Below, in pieces: positions 1 through 9,414 of a stretch of 64,000 nt of DNA. Where the stretch lies: IMG/VR virus record IMGVR_UViG_640753038_000002, one strand, 5' to 3'. A program made the position numbers and the translations under genes. Source of the stretch: a virus. Below the pieces are notes generated by a model, which was not told the origin of the DNA, searched no databases, and saw only the letters and a list, made by a program, of their open reading frames with translations. The stretch's first letter is position 1; each line of letters starts with the position of its first letter.

Positions 1-974
1 GTGGTCCAGCCGCTATTCGAATAGCTGTGGCTGACCTCTTCGATGCGATAAGAGCCATCGACACCAGCCCGCGCGCCGGAGATTATGCAGGTTCCGCCGG
101 GCCGGGCTAAAGCCGTCCCGTCGATTTCGACCGTCCCGCCGCCCTTGTCGCGTTCAACTTCTTTGGCCTTGCCTTTCGAAGTTGATACGGCGTCGCCTTC
201 GTCCGATCCCGACTTCTTGCCGTAAGAGACAAGAACGTCGTCTTCATTTTGAACCGATGCTTCGGCTTCTTTCCACTTTGCTTCTTTGCGGTCGTAGTAG
301 CGTGCCTTTACAGTCTTGTGCCGAGGGCGACCCGTAACCGGACGGATATCCCAAGCGATCAGATTAACGCCCCACGCTGCCGTAATAGTCGGCATCGCTG
401 CGCCAGACGCCGCGCCGCCGGTCTTTGAAACCATTGCCGCCTTATTGCCTTGGATTTTGAAAATCCCGCCGACTTCCCGTGCGGTACGTTCGGCAAAGGC
501 GATAAAGCTTTCGCCGTCCAAACCCCACCAATCGCGTTCAATACCGGCTAGCTCATCATCGACCTTGATATCGGTAATGCCCGCTTGCTCGCCCGCCTTT
601 TTCAAAGCGGTTTCGAGGTTGGCTTTGTCGATATTTAAATGCTGATGTTGCTTGACCTTGCTTTGCGTATCGATCCCCTTTGCGGAGATTGACAGAACGC
701 GGCCACCGCCGCGCGAGCCGGACGATTGAACTTCATCAACGGTGCCCGTGAAGACAACGCTTAAACCTTCGCCCTCCCAACCGAACGACACCGACATTGG
801 GTCGCCCGTCTTGGGAAACCGAATTACCTGATCCTTGTCGTCAATCGATATTGACGCGGTATCGGAAGAAGAGCCTTCCTTGTCAGTCGTTTCGAGTGAA
901 ATAAGGATCGGAAGAAGTTTTGATGAAATGTCTTGTCCGGCGACCTTAACTTGATAGATCGCACGCCGCGCCAT
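1..974 (-). CDS. Late control protein D / tail hub (P2 gpD-like), partial; runs off the left edge
   Basis: My translation from ATG at 974: MARRAIYQVKVAGQDISSKLLPILISLETTDKEGSSSDTASISIDD...; canonical position after gpU-gpX. Confidence 0.85.
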   Translation of the reverse strand, partial: MARRAIYQVKVAGQDISSKLLPILISLETTDKEGSSSDTASISIDDKDQVIRFPKTGDPMSVSFGWEGEGLSVVFTGTVDEVQSSGSRGGGRVLSISAKGIDTQSKVKQHQHLNIDKANLETALKKAGEQAGITDIKVDDELAGIERDWWGLDGESFIAFAERTAREVGGIFKIQGNKAAMVSKTGGAASGAAMPTITAAWGVNLIAWDIRPVTGRPRHKTVKARYYDRKEAKWKEAEASVQNEDDVLVSYGKKSGSDEGDAVSTSKGKAKEVERDKGGGTVEIDGTALARPGGTCIISGARAGVDGSYRIEEVSHSYSNSGWT

Positions 975-979
975 ATTGG

Positions 980-1219
980 CTAATCCCAAAGTGAAGTGAT
1001 TTCGACGTTTTGCGCGTCGCGTTCGTTCGGAATAGGAATGGTGACTACAGTTCCGACCGGAATAAATGCGCCCAATTCAGCCAAGTCTTGATTTTGAGGC
1101 AATTCATAAGTCGCCTCAATTAAACCAATCATTGGGCGTTGGAACCTCTGCCAAATGATAAGGTCGAGCGTCATCAAGTCGGACATGACTGTTACGCGCT
1201 CAAAGCCGAGAATATTCAT
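980..1219 (-). CDS. Tail protein X (P2 gpX-like)
   Basis: 79 aa, TLDLIIWQRF...NQDLAELGAFIPVGTVVTIP pattern; lies between gpU and gpD. Confidence 0.85.
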   Translation of the reverse strand: MNILGFERVTVMSDLMTLDLIIWQRFQRPMIGLIEATYELPQNQDLAELGAFIPVGTVVTIPIPNERDAQNVEITSLWD

Positions 1220-1638
1220 CCGAGCAGCCCCGACATAATTGAAAAAATTCCGGTTTTCGCAGGCGGATCGGAGCGCTTGACTGACACGGTGAATTCAATA
1301 ACCCTGCCCAAACCCTTAGCGTCGATGTAGCTGGACTGTTCCGAAATTTTTTCGATTACTACCCATCCAAGCGGCGTTCCATCTCCGCGCATATAGGGTA
1401 GTGGTTTCCCCGCTCTGCGCTGCTGATGAAGCCCCTCAAGGTTCGACAGACCTCCGAATTTGTGCGGGAAAAGCCGTCCTTGAATTGACCAGTTTTCGGA
1501 ACTTTCACCAACCCATTCGAGCGTTGGGCGGCGACCCATAACGGATTTCTCCGCAAAGTCGCCGCCCGTTTCGTGGCTGGTTTCGTGAAAGTTGAGAGGG
1601 CTTACTTCGAAAAGCGTTGAACCTAAAGCCGCAAGCAT
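1216..1638 (-). CDS. Tail protein U (P2 gpU-like)
   Basis: MLAALGSTLFEV...RPTLEWVGE...IQGRLFP motif; directly after the tape measure gene. Confidence 0.85.
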   Translation of the reverse strand: MLAALGSTLFEVSPLNFHETSHETGGDFAEKSVMGRRPTLEWVGESSENWSIQGRLFPHKFGGLSNLEGLHQQRRAGKPLPYMRGDGTPLGWVVIEKISEQSSYIDAKGLGRVIEFTVSVKRSDPPAKTGIFSIMSGLLG

Positions 1639-1659
1639 CTTGAAACTTCCTTTTTCGGC

Positions 1660-4005
1660 TTAGTCCCAATCGCTATGAATTCCGCGAAGTTGGGCTTCGA
1701 TAGCGTCGTTAAGTTTCCGCCCGACGCTTTCTGGATTGCTGACGCCGTGGATATGAATGTCGCCAAACTGAAAACGTGAACCGGCAGCAGAAGCACGCGT
1801 TGATCCGGCGAACCCGCCGGGCGCTTTCCCGTTTGGATGCACGTAACCATTCCTGCTAGGCGTAATAATTTCCGGCCCGTCTTCGCCCGTCAGGTACGTA
1901 CTTCCGGCAGAGATTGGCCCGCCCTTTGCACGCTTACCGTCCGGTACGATAGCTCCGCCCATGTACGAAGGCGTATTCACGCCGCCAGAACCATCGGAGC
2001 CACCAGTAACGGTATAAGGAAGGCCGCTAGGGCCAACGGGTCCGGACAGTGCAGACATAAGCTTGCCTGCCGCTTCAACGCCCGACCGAAGCCAGCCTAC
2101 AAGCGTGCTGATCTTTTCGATTATAGTTGATACGGCACCGCCGACGACGCCGCCGACCGTTTCACCCCATGACTTCCATTCGGCGTTTGTTGCGCCCAAC
2201 GGTCCAAGGAGATTGCTAATCGAATTGAAGATATCCGTCGAAAACTTCGCGATAGGTTCAATGATCGGTTTTACCGGCTCAAGTGCTTTGACGAAGCCTT
2301 CCCCGACACCAACGAAGAAGGATTTCAATCCTTCCCAATTGTTGTAGATCAGCGTACCTGCCGCCGCGATCCCGGCTAGGACAGCGCCGACGCCGGTAAA
2401 CATCAGAGCGCCACGAAGCGCTACCGCTGCCCCGCGTAGGATGGAGAAGCCACCGCGCAAGAGATTGAGCGGATTTAGCATCCTCAGAAGGCCGCGACCG
2501 GCAACAATACCGGCATCGGCGAGCCGGGCAAAAACGCCCGGCGCTTTGCCGGTTGCAGCCGTAGCAAGCCTTGAGCGAAGAGCGAGAGTACCGAAGTAGC
2601 CGGATGCAACGGACAAGCTTTTGCGAAGTGGCCCCATAAGAACCTTGCTTGCCACGAACGCCGCAGGTGCGATACCGCGCAACCCAAGAGAAAGCACAGA
2701 AAGCGCGCCGCCCTTCGCCATTAGGCCGACGAAATTAAGGGCCGTCAGTGCAATGCGGAGGCCGATCAGCGCCGACGTAACCAGAACGATCGAACGGGTT
2801 AGCTTCGGATTGGCTTCGGCAAATTCAGCCAGCTTCGTCGCCGCAAGCGATACCGCATCAGCGATATCGTTGAACGCCGGAAGAAGTGCAACGCCTAGCG
2901 AAGCATTGAGGTTTTCAATAGTAGCGCGCAGGCGATCCGCGAAGCCGCGCGAAGTTTTAAGACGGCGCTGATAATCTTCTTCAACGACGCCCTGCGCTTT
3001 CATCGCTTCGGCGCGAATGCGGCGGTATTCAAGAATGTTTTGGATTAGAGGGCGCAAGCCCTTCTGTACCTGAGCATCTTGGAAAAGGTCGCCGAGCTTG
3101 CCGAGGTCGCCTTTAAGTGTGCGGTTCGTGATTTCGGCAATGGCTTCAATAGGCGTCATGCCTTTGTCCATTGCCTTCTTCATCGACTTTTCAAGATCGA
3201 CGCCCATTTTGTCAAAGGCTTTACGCGTCTGTGGTGCGTTGATCTTTTGAAGGACGTTGGCGAGGTTGGTTGCCGCTTCTTCGCTATCTCCTGCGCCTTT
3301 GCGCACGATCTGCAAAGCTGCCGAAAGATCAGCGACGGCGGGAACACCCTTTTGCTTCAAGCCCTGATAGGCAGCGCCGAGCGACGGGAAATATTGAGCC
3401 ATATCGCGAAGCTCAAAAGCGCCTTCCTTACCGGCCTGCGCCATGGCGTCGAGCGCCTTGCCGAAGTCCGTAGCGGGCACCTTGAGATTGTCCAAGGCGG
3501 CAAAGCCAGCCTTAGCAAGATCGTCAACTTCGGCACGATAAGCGGTCGCGGCTCGACCAATTGGCTTGAGAAGGCCGAGCGCGTCATTTTCATTCGCGCC
3601 GAAGCCGACAAGGGTATCCATACCCTGCGCCATCTTCGATGTTGCCTGATTGGTTTCGCGGGCAACTTGGCGAAGCTGCTTGCCAAGAGCGCCAAGACGC
3701 TCTTGCGGGATATTGGCCTTCTGACCGATATCCTCAAGCTGCGTTTCTAGGTTCATTGCCGCGTCTAACGGCGCGGACAGTGCCGACTTGAGCGTATAGA
3801 ACGCCGCGACAGCATCGACCATTCGACCGCGCGCGTTGTCGAGCGCTTTGTTATTGCGGTCTATCGCCGAATTTAATCGGGACTGCATACCGTTGATATC
3901 GGTTGCAGCCTTGCCAATGCTGCGAAGAGCAGTAGCAGCCTTTGTCGCTGGCTTGGAAACGCCGTCGATAAGCCGGACGAGCAGGGATGACGTCAGGTTC
4001 GCCAC
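1660..4005 (-). CDS. Tail tape measure protein
   Basis: 781 aa, Ala/Gly/Leu-rich helical protein with TP901-like core (GKEGAFELRDMAQYFP); follows the tail chaperone gene. Confidence 0.93.
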   Translation of the reverse strand: MANLTSSLLVRLIDGVSKPATKAATALRSIGKAATDINGMQSRLNSAIDRNNKALDNARGRMVDAVAAFYTLKSALSAPLDAAMNLETQLEDIGQKANIPQERLGALGKQLRQVARETNQATSKMAQGMDTLVGFGANENDALGLLKPIGRAATAYRAEVDDLAKAGFAALDNLKVPATDFGKALDAMAQAGKEGAFELRDMAQYFPSLGAAYQGLKQKGVPAVADLSAALQIVRKGAGDSEEAATNLANVLQKINAPQTRKAFDKMGVDLEKSMKKAMDKGMTPIEAIAEITNRTLKGDLGKLGDLFQDAQVQKGLRPLIQNILEYRRIRAEAMKAQGVVEEDYQRRLKTSRGFADRLRATIENLNASLGVALLPAFNDIADAVSLAATKLAEFAEANPKLTRSIVLVTSALIGLRIALTALNFVGLMAKGGALSVLSLGLRGIAPAAFVASKVLMGPLRKSLSVASGYFGTLALRSRLATAATGKAPGVFARLADAGIVAGRGLLRMLNPLNLLRGGFSILRGAAVALRGALMFTGVGAVLAGIAAAGTLIYNNWEGLKSFFVGVGEGFVKALEPVKPIIEPIAKFSTDIFNSISNLLGPLGATNAEWKSWGETVGGVVGGAVSTIIEKISTLVGWLRSGVEAAGKLMSALSGPVGPSGLPYTVTGGSDGSGGVNTPSYMGGAIVPDGKRAKGGPISAGSTYLTGEDGPEIITPSRNGYVHPNGKAPGGFAGSTRASAAGSRFQFGDIHIHGVSNPESVGRKLNDAIEAQLRGIHSDWD

Positions 4006-4057
4006 GGCGTTTCCTTCCTAGATCGACATAAGTTCTTTTGGATGGTTTGAGCAGCGG

Positions 4058-4231
4058 TTAGCCGCGTGTATTTTTCGCTATGCGAGCGGCTTGCGCCCAC
4101 CATTCAAGGAACTCTAGGGGTTCCATGTCGAGGAAATTAGGGATTGGCGTATTGAGGATATGCGAAGTATCCGCAACCGCTACGCGCCAGTCTTTTCCTC
4201 GCCATCCGACGCTTCCGGCTCCCCCAAAACT
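4058..4231 (-). CDS. -1 frameshift extension of the tail chaperone (gpE'-like)
   Basis: -1 frame is open from the slippery site to TAA at 4058-4060 and reads ...WRVAVADTSHILNTPIPNFLDMEPLEFLEWWAQAARIAKNTRG, resembling the gpE' pattern (AD...M...E...W...A). Confidence 0.75.
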   Translation of the reverse strand, partial: SFGGAGSVGWRGKDWRVAVADTSHILNTPIPNFLDMEPLEFLEWWAQAARIAKNTRG

Positions 4232-4512
4232 TCGGTAGCCTCTTCGACGCCTTTGATAAGGTCTTTGAAGTCGAGTTCCATTGCAGCGACTTCACCGATA
4301 TCTGAAAGCGTTCCGACGAAAGCGACCATTGCACGGAACATATCGGCATTCATATTCGCCGCATTGTCTTCGTCGCCGTCCTTGAGCGCCATAATCTTCG
4401 GAAGATGGTCGCCGATAGCGATCATATCCTTAGCCTTTGGCCGGTGAAGCACCAGCGCGTCGATCCGCTTCCCGTCGATTTCGATAGGGTAATCAAGCTG
4501 AATTGTTTTCAT
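4180..4512 (-). CDS. Tail assembly chaperone (P2 gpE-like)
   Basis: IQLDYPIEIDG...LVLHRPKAKDM...MELDFKDL pattern; between tube and tape measure genes. Confidence 0.85.
   Translation of the reverse strand: MKTIQLDYPIEIDGKRIDALVLHRPKAKDMIAIGDHLPKIMALKDGDEDNAANMNADMFRAMVAFVGTLSDIGEVAAMELDFKDLIKGVEEATEVLGEPEASDGEEKTGA
4222..4228 (-). other. Programmed -1 ribosomal frameshift slippery heptamer T TTG GGG
   Basis: X XXY YYZ heptamer in frame near the 3' end of the chaperone gene (GTT TTG GGG GAG). Confidence 0.65.
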
Positions 4513-4518
4513 GATCTA

Positions 4519-5055
4519 TTAGCCTGCGCGCGGGATGCGGAGAATTTGATTGGTGGTTTCGTTCTGATCAATGCCGTTGATGCGCCATTGATTGGTCCAG
4601 AAGTCCCAAAAGATTTTCTCGGTTCCGTTCCACCACAGTTGATAGCTAGTGAGTTCGTTGATTGCGTACTCATTGGCGGAAACTTCGCCGCGCTGAAACG
4701 CGTCAGGAGCCACGCGGCCAAGACGCCCTTCCATGATGGCTTTAAGTTCAATCGAAGCGCCGGTTCGGCGATCCTTCAATTCACCGTAGCCGGTATAAAT
4801 ATGCTTGTTTTTGGAACCCAAACCGAATTGAGCAAGCAGGTCGGGATCATACCCGGCGAGCTTAAAAGTTGGCTCAAACTTCTGAATGCCGACTTCAAGT
4901 TCGATTTGGACGCGAGCGCCGCCCGCATGATGGTCCTGATAGATAGCCTGCAAGTCAGGAAGCTTGAATTCCTGAATAGCAAGGTGCTTCGAATTCGACG
5001 GATCGTCGTCGCCGCAAAACAGGTTTGCAGCCTCCAAAATATAAAGCGTGGACAT
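4519..5055 (-). CDS. Major tail tube protein (P2 FII-like)
   Basis: LEAANLFCGDD...EFKLPDL...IFWDFWTNQWRINGIDQ; follows the sheath gene. Confidence 0.9.
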   Translation of the reverse strand: MSTLYILEAANLFCGDDDPSNSKHLAIQEFKLPDLQAIYQDHHAGGARVQIELEVGIQKFEPTFKLAGYDPDLLAQFGLGSKNKHIYTGYGELKDRRTGASIELKAIMEGRLGRVAPDAFQRGEVSANEYAINELTSYQLWWNGTEKIFWDFWTNQWRINGIDQNETTNQILRIPRAG

Positions 5056-5108
5056 ATCTTGCCCGCTCCTAAACCAGATTGTGAGGGAATAGCGGAAGGA
5101 CGCGGCGG

Positions 5109-6614
5109 CTAAGCCGCCACGTCGATCTGTGCGAGAAGATCATTGAGAAGCGCATCAAGTGCCGCGCGATAGCGCGACGAACGCAGACCGAGATAACGGA
5201 GTACTGGCGCTTCTTCGGCAGCGAAGTCGATCTTGAAGCGACCGAGCCGCAATTCTTCCGGGCTATTCTGATCGCGGGTAAAGCCGACCTTGTAATCAAG
5301 AATGTCGCCCTGCGCCTTGAGGTCGCGAAGCGCGAAATTCATCGTGTTCAAGACAGCTTGGATCGTCTGGCCGTTCAAATTGAACTTGCCGAGGTAATAG
5401 CGAAGCGTCCGCAAAAACAGCAGGTGAATATAATCGCGACCGCGCGTCACGTTGTAGAAGCGCCACAATTCGTCTTGCCCGGCGTTATCGGTGCCGATGT
5501 AGACGAAGCCGCCGGAAGCGATTGCGCTTTCGACACCCATTTCGCCGCGAACAATAATGCCGCCGTTTGCAGCAAGGATCGATTGACCCTCGGTCGCGCC
5601 ATCGGTCAGGCTGAAATTGATGGGGCGATTTGGACCAACGATACCTTGCATCGGCTGATTGGCCCAAGAGTGGAACGGGCGACCATTCTTTTCGTGGTCG
5701 CGACGCACAGCGATGCCAACAACGCGCGGTGCGCCTGGACGAACGACGCCATCAACGCCAACCTTCACAGCCGTTTCAACCGGGATTAGGCGTTCGCTAT
5801 TGAGCGTTTCGCGCCAGTCATTGAAAGCCTGCAAAGTCGAAGCCGGTCCATCAACGACGCCGTGAGCCAAAATACGATTGAGGATCGAAGGAAGAGCCGC
5901 GCAAACTGGATTTGCCAGCGTCTCAATAGCTGCCGATGCGGTAGGCATTACCTTGTCCGCTTCCGTGCCACCGCCTGAAAACGTTACGGTCAAAGTCCCT
6001 GAAAGGTTTTGACCCGCGCTGTCGATTACGAGCGACGTAACCTTGCCAGCATCCGCGCCTGTGCCAAGCACAGCGTGAGCGGTAGGCATTACCTTGTCCG
6101 TGCTATCGCCACCGCCAGTAAAGACGATGATCGGAGCTTCCGTTAGGTTTTCGCCTTGAATGCCGAGCGTCAGCGAACCGAGGCCGCTACGCTGTTGGCT
6201 GGTATAACCCGGAACGGTGATTAGGCGCGGGATGAAGCCAGTTACCGGCCCCGCTTCGAGAAGTGCGAACAAGCCAGACTTTTCGGCTTCACTGCCGATA
6301 AGGTTGAGCATCGTCGCATTAACGTCTACGCCTTCGTCTACACGAATAACGACTACCTTGGCGGAAACTGAGAACTCGCCAAGCTGGTCATTGATGCCGG
6401 TCAGCGCATCAGCGATAGTTCCGCTTGCACCAAGGGCCAGAAGCTTAGCCGCATCATCCGAGTACATGAAGACCGGAGTATTCAAGGGGAACAACGTGGC
6501 ATTTGCCAAAGGAGCCGTCCCAACAATACCCACAATAGACATATCGGACGCAACGGCGGGACGCGCTTCGTTATCGACGCGCGTAATGGAAATGCCGAAT
6601 ACTGGATCAGCCAT
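5109..6614 (-). CDS. Tail sheath protein (P2 FI-like)
   Basis: MADPVFGISITRVD start with GGAG RBS; C-terminal FVYIGTDN...FYNVTRGRDYIHL...LRLGRFKIDF sheath motifs. Confidence 0.93.
   Translation of the reverse strand: MADPVFGISITRVDNEARPAVASDMSIVGIVGTAPLANATLFPLNTPVFMYSDDAAKLLALGASGTIADALTGINDQLGEFSVSAKVVVIRVDEGVDVNATMLNLIGSEAEKSGLFALLEAGPVTGFIPRLITVPGYTSQQRSGLGSLTLGIQGENLTEAPIIVFTGGGDSTDKVMPTAHAVLGTGADAGKVTSLVIDSAGQNLSGTLTVTFSGGGTEADKVMPTASAAIETLANPVCAALPSILNRILAHGVVDGPASTLQAFNDWRETLNSERLIPVETAVKVGVDGVVRPGAPRVVGIAVRRDHEKNGRPFHSWANQPMQGIVGPNRPINFSLTDGATEGQSILAANGGIIVRGEMGVESAIASGGFVYIGTDNAGQDELWRFYNVTRGRDYIHLLFLRTLRYYLGKFNLNGQTIQAVLNTMNFALRDLKAQGDILDYKVGFTRDQNSPEELRLGRFKIDFAAEEAPVLRYLGLRSSRYRAALDALLNDLLAQIDVAA
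5938..6100. repeat. Two exact 22-bp direct repeats (GCGGTAGGCATTACCTTGTCCG) inside the sheath gene
   Basis: Copies at 5938-5959 and 6079-6100, 141 bp (47 codons) apart; both encode DKVMPTA. Confidence 0.85.
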
Positions 6615-6627
6615 TCCTCTTCTCCAT

Positions 6628-6655
6628 AAAAAAAGCCCGGCGCGAGGGCCGGGCT
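6628..6655 (-). terminator. Intrinsic terminator-like hairpin just upstream of the sheath gene
   Basis: AGCCCGGC/GCCGGGCT stem followed by 7 T on the minus strand. Confidence 0.75.
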
Positions 6656-6669
6656 GAAAACGTGGAAAT

Positions 6670-6693
6670 AAAAAAGCCGCCCGAAGGCGGCTT
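6670..6693 (-). terminator. Intrinsic terminator-like hairpin downstream of the glycosyltransferase-like gene
   Basis: AAGCCGCC/GGCGGCTT stem followed by a T run on the minus strand. Confidence 0.75.
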
Positions 6694-6723
6694 AGTGAAG
6701 TCAAGTAGCTTCCGTGGAAGCTT

Positions 6724-7605
6724 TTACGTCCTGATTATGCCGAGATAGTATCCCGCCAAGATCATCGCCGAGGCGAGCGCACCGCGCCCCTCGAATTTTA
6801 GTCGCTTCGCGACATATGTAAGGTTTCTGCGTTTGCGCTTTCCCTTCGCCGTCCAGACTTGAGAGGACGGGCTGAATTTCCAGTCCAACCAACCCTTTTC
6901 AGCGATATCGAACGTGCGTACGTCGCGATGCGCGAGATAGGTTTCGTAAAGTGCTCGCTGATCGACATAGTAAAGCCGGATATGTTTATCCAAGAAAAGA
7001 ACGACGTTGCGGAAAAAATGAATAGCTTTTGGGTCTGCATAAACCATCGCTCCCAATATCTTCATTCCAAGCCGTTCAAACTCGGTGCTGCCCTTATCCT
7101 CTTCTAATCGCATAAAAAGACCGACTTCACCGTCGTTTACGGAAGGAATAGGCTGGTTTACCAGACTATCAATATCAAGAACGACAATCGGCCTTTGGTA
7201 TCGGTTTAGTAGTTCGGGCAGTAAGAAAAACCGAAGAGACTGATAGAAAACGATACACTCGGTATCATCCATTGGTTTTTGTGCGCGGACGTCAGCCACA
7301 AATTCTATGGTCAGGCGGCGCTTTTCGTCGTCCGAAAACCTTTGAAGAAAAGTCGAAAGCAGCACGCTTGCTAAAGTATGGGCGCGGTATGACAATCCTT
7401 CGCCGGGGCGAGGACTTACGGCAATGTGAACATGATGCCCGGATTTCAGTGCGGACTTACAAAATCCTAATGCGTGCTTGCGAAAATAGCCTTCATCGCA
7501 TGCGGCGAAAATCACCGGCAATGCGATGGCAGTTCTTGCCCCGTCCATAGCCCAATCCCCAAAGTCAATTAAGCCTTTGTTAACGGGACGAATTTGCACA
7601 CGCAA
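6724..7605 (-). CDS. Putative GT-A fold glycosyltransferase-like moron protein
   Basis: IFAACDEGYF...RFFLLPELL...IVVLDIDSLV (DxD motif)...VDQRAL...WTAKGKRK; start uncertain (TTG at 7605). Confidence 0.55.
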   Translation of the reverse strand: MRVQIRPVNKGLIDFGDWAMDGARTAIALPVIFAACDEGYFRKHALGFCKSALKSGHHVHIAVSPRPGEGLSYRAHTLASVLLSTFLQRFSDDEKRRLTIEFVADVRAQKPMDDTECIVFYQSLRFFLLPELLNRYQRPIVVLDIDSLVNQPIPSVNDGEVGLFMRLEEDKGSTEFERLGMKILGAMVYADPKAIHFFRNVVLFLDKHIRLYYVDQRALYETYLAHRDVRTFDIAEKGWLDWKFSPSSQVWTAKGKRKRRNLTYVAKRLKFEGRGALASAMILAGYYLGIIRT

Positions 7606-7642
7606 CTAGAATTCAGGATTTACGCAACGGAATTACTGTCCG

Positions 7643-8269
7643 CTAAGCCTTTGAAAACGCCATCCATACCGGATCGACTTCTTCGTCGGTCAGTCCGAGG
7701 ATCGGTATAAGCTGAACGATCAAAGGGTGAAGGCGGCGAAACTCGCTGGCGAAATCCCATTCAATCTCGGCTTCCGTGCGATCCTCGTCAGGGAGTGCAG
7801 CAATAGCGGCTTTCACGGCGTTCAATTTGCCGAGATAGTTTAAGCCAAGGCGAAGCTGCCGTTGCGAGAGGTTCGGCATTTGGCTGCGTTTCTCTTCCGA
7901 CGACATTACGTCAACTGGATTGATTATCTCAATTCCAGTCCAGAGCATTCCGTAGACATTGCCACCGGGGCCAAAGGTGAAACCGTAGTTTTGATCGATA
8001 CCGATTATGTCGTAGCCAGAAATTTGAGACTGTTGAAAGTCATCGGTCATGGAGACAATGCGGCCCTGACCATCCACCGCTATATAAAATGGATGGGGAA
8101 ACTTTTTGGCGAGGTCAAACCAATCCTTACCGTTCCTATCCCGAAAGATTAGAACGCTTTGTTTTGTAGGCGAACCGAATATCGGCTCGCCGTTTTCATC
8201 TTCGCCAATTTTGATGCCGGGGATATCGATAATTTCTGACGTTGCGATGAATTTACCGAAGTTCTTCAT
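7643..8269 (-). CDS. Tail fibre assembly/chaperone-like protein
   Basis: TAATG-coupled to the fibre gene; NGKDWFDL N-terminal part and LSQRQLRLGL...AEIEWDFASEFRR C-terminal part are typical of fibre-adjacent chaperones. Confidence 0.65.
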   Translation of the reverse strand: MKNFGKFIATSEIIDIPGIKIGEDENGEPIFGSPTKQSVLIFRDRNGKDWFDLAKKFPHPFYIAVDGQGRIVSMTDDFQQSQISGYDIIGIDQNYGFTFGPGGNVYGMLWTGIEIINPVDVMSSEEKRSQMPNLSQRQLRLGLNYLGKLNAVKAAIAALPDEDRTEAEIEWDFASEFRRLHPLIVQLIPILGLTDEEVDPVWMAFSKA

Positions 8270-9411
8270 TAGAAAGCTCCAAAGGCACGCCACCCCTGAT
8301 AGGGGATATAGACCTGCAATTGCCGGGCATAGAACGTGTACTGATCGCCGCTATTTCGGCCCGCTGCCGTAAAGACATAACCACTTGGCGCGCTCCAAGT
8401 CGTGTCCTTTGCCATCGTGTTTGAAACGTAGCCTGCGAACCGAGTGTCAATTACGCACCCATTCTTTCGGTCATCGGCAAAAGCAGCAGCACGGCTTTCG
8501 ATTTGGTTGATGATGGCCTGCGCTGTCCATCCGCCAACTGATGCAACGTTGAAGTTTGCAGGGTTGTAGACGAACATATTATAGCCGTCATTACCGCCCC
8601 AAATCCAACTTGGCTGACCACCTTGACCGGACCAATTAAGGGTAATTCCCGCGCCGTCCGATCTGCGCGGATAAGCGCGACCGGCCATGTTACCAGCAAC
8701 GATAGAGTTTACTTCCGCCTTAGTATAAAACGTCGCTTTGACGGCAGTCGTCATTCTATTGACCAAGCCTGACCAAGTAGCGCGTTTAAACACGCCGGTC
8801 GCAAGGTCCATCCAAGGAAAACGGCTGTCTGCGTTATCGACCGCATCGTCATAAACCGCACTCAAAAGAGCCGAATACATCGTCTCTTTTGTCGTAAGTG
8901 TGGGCAGGTAATCTGCTGGAACCTTGCTATCCGTACCCAAGGGAGCAACGCCACCAGCGCGGCCCTTGTCACCCGTTCCTAGAGCGTCGATGTTGGTGCG
9001 GGCCTGAGCCTTTTGCGCCAACGTAAAGGCTTGTGTACCTAGTGCAGACACACGCCCATCAAGCGCCGTATTTAACGTTACGTGGAACTCAGGGTTATTG
9101 TTGATCGCTGTTGCGATCTTTTTGAGCGTGTCGAGTTCAGGTGAGACGCCGCCGCGAAGATCATCAAGGACCGATTGAACGGTTTCAATAAATTCAGCGT
9201 CGGTTACGCCGTCTTCGATACCGTAACCGGCAAGCGTCTTGGGCTTGCCGGTTAGGTTTGCAAAGGCGTGCGTGTGGGTATTGTAAGCCTGTTCGAACGC
9301 GCTGAAAGTACCATCAATCGCCGACAGAGCGTCGGCGATTTTATTAATCTCAGCAATTTGGATGGCCTCGCCATCAGGCAAAGGCCAACCATATTTAGGC
9401 GTCGTAGCCAT
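8269..9411 (-). CDS. Tail fibre protein
   Basis: HTHAFANLTGKP and LDTLKKIATAINNNPEF fibre motifs; C-terminal PSGYVFT...RQLQVY...GW tip domain. Confidence 0.85.
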   Translation of the reverse strand: MATTPKYGWPLPDGEAIQIAEINKIADALSAIDGTFSAFEQAYNTHTHAFANLTGKPKTLAGYGIEDGVTDAEFIETVQSVLDDLRGGVSPELDTLKKIATAINNNPEFHVTLNTALDGRVSALGTQAFTLAQKAQARTNIDALGTGDKGRAGGVAPLGTDSKVPADYLPTLTTKETMYSALLSAVYDDAVDNADSRFPWMDLATGVFKRATWSGLVNRMTTAVKATFYTKAEVNSIVAGNMAGRAYPRRSDGAGITLNWSGQGGQPSWIWGGNDGYNMFVYNPANFNVASVGGWTAQAIINQIESRAAAFADDRKNGCVIDTRFAGYVSNTMAKDTTWSAPSGYVFTAAGRNSGDQYTFYARQLQVYIPYQGWRAFGAF

Positions 9412-9414
9412 TGA

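Noticed and set aside
1-974. Absence of holin/endolysin and att sites as a sign of a defective prophage
   Set aside because: Both window edges cut through phage genes, so these elements probably lie outside the window
4137-4349. 70-aa ORF as the frameshift partner of the tail chaperone
   Set aside because: It is the +1 frame and ends early; the -1 frame (to 4058) carries the gpE'-like motif
8269-9411. Diversity-generating retroelement or invertible cassette at the tail fibre
   Set aside because: No reverse transcriptase, no template/variable repeat pair and no invertase with a second fibre tip seen in the window
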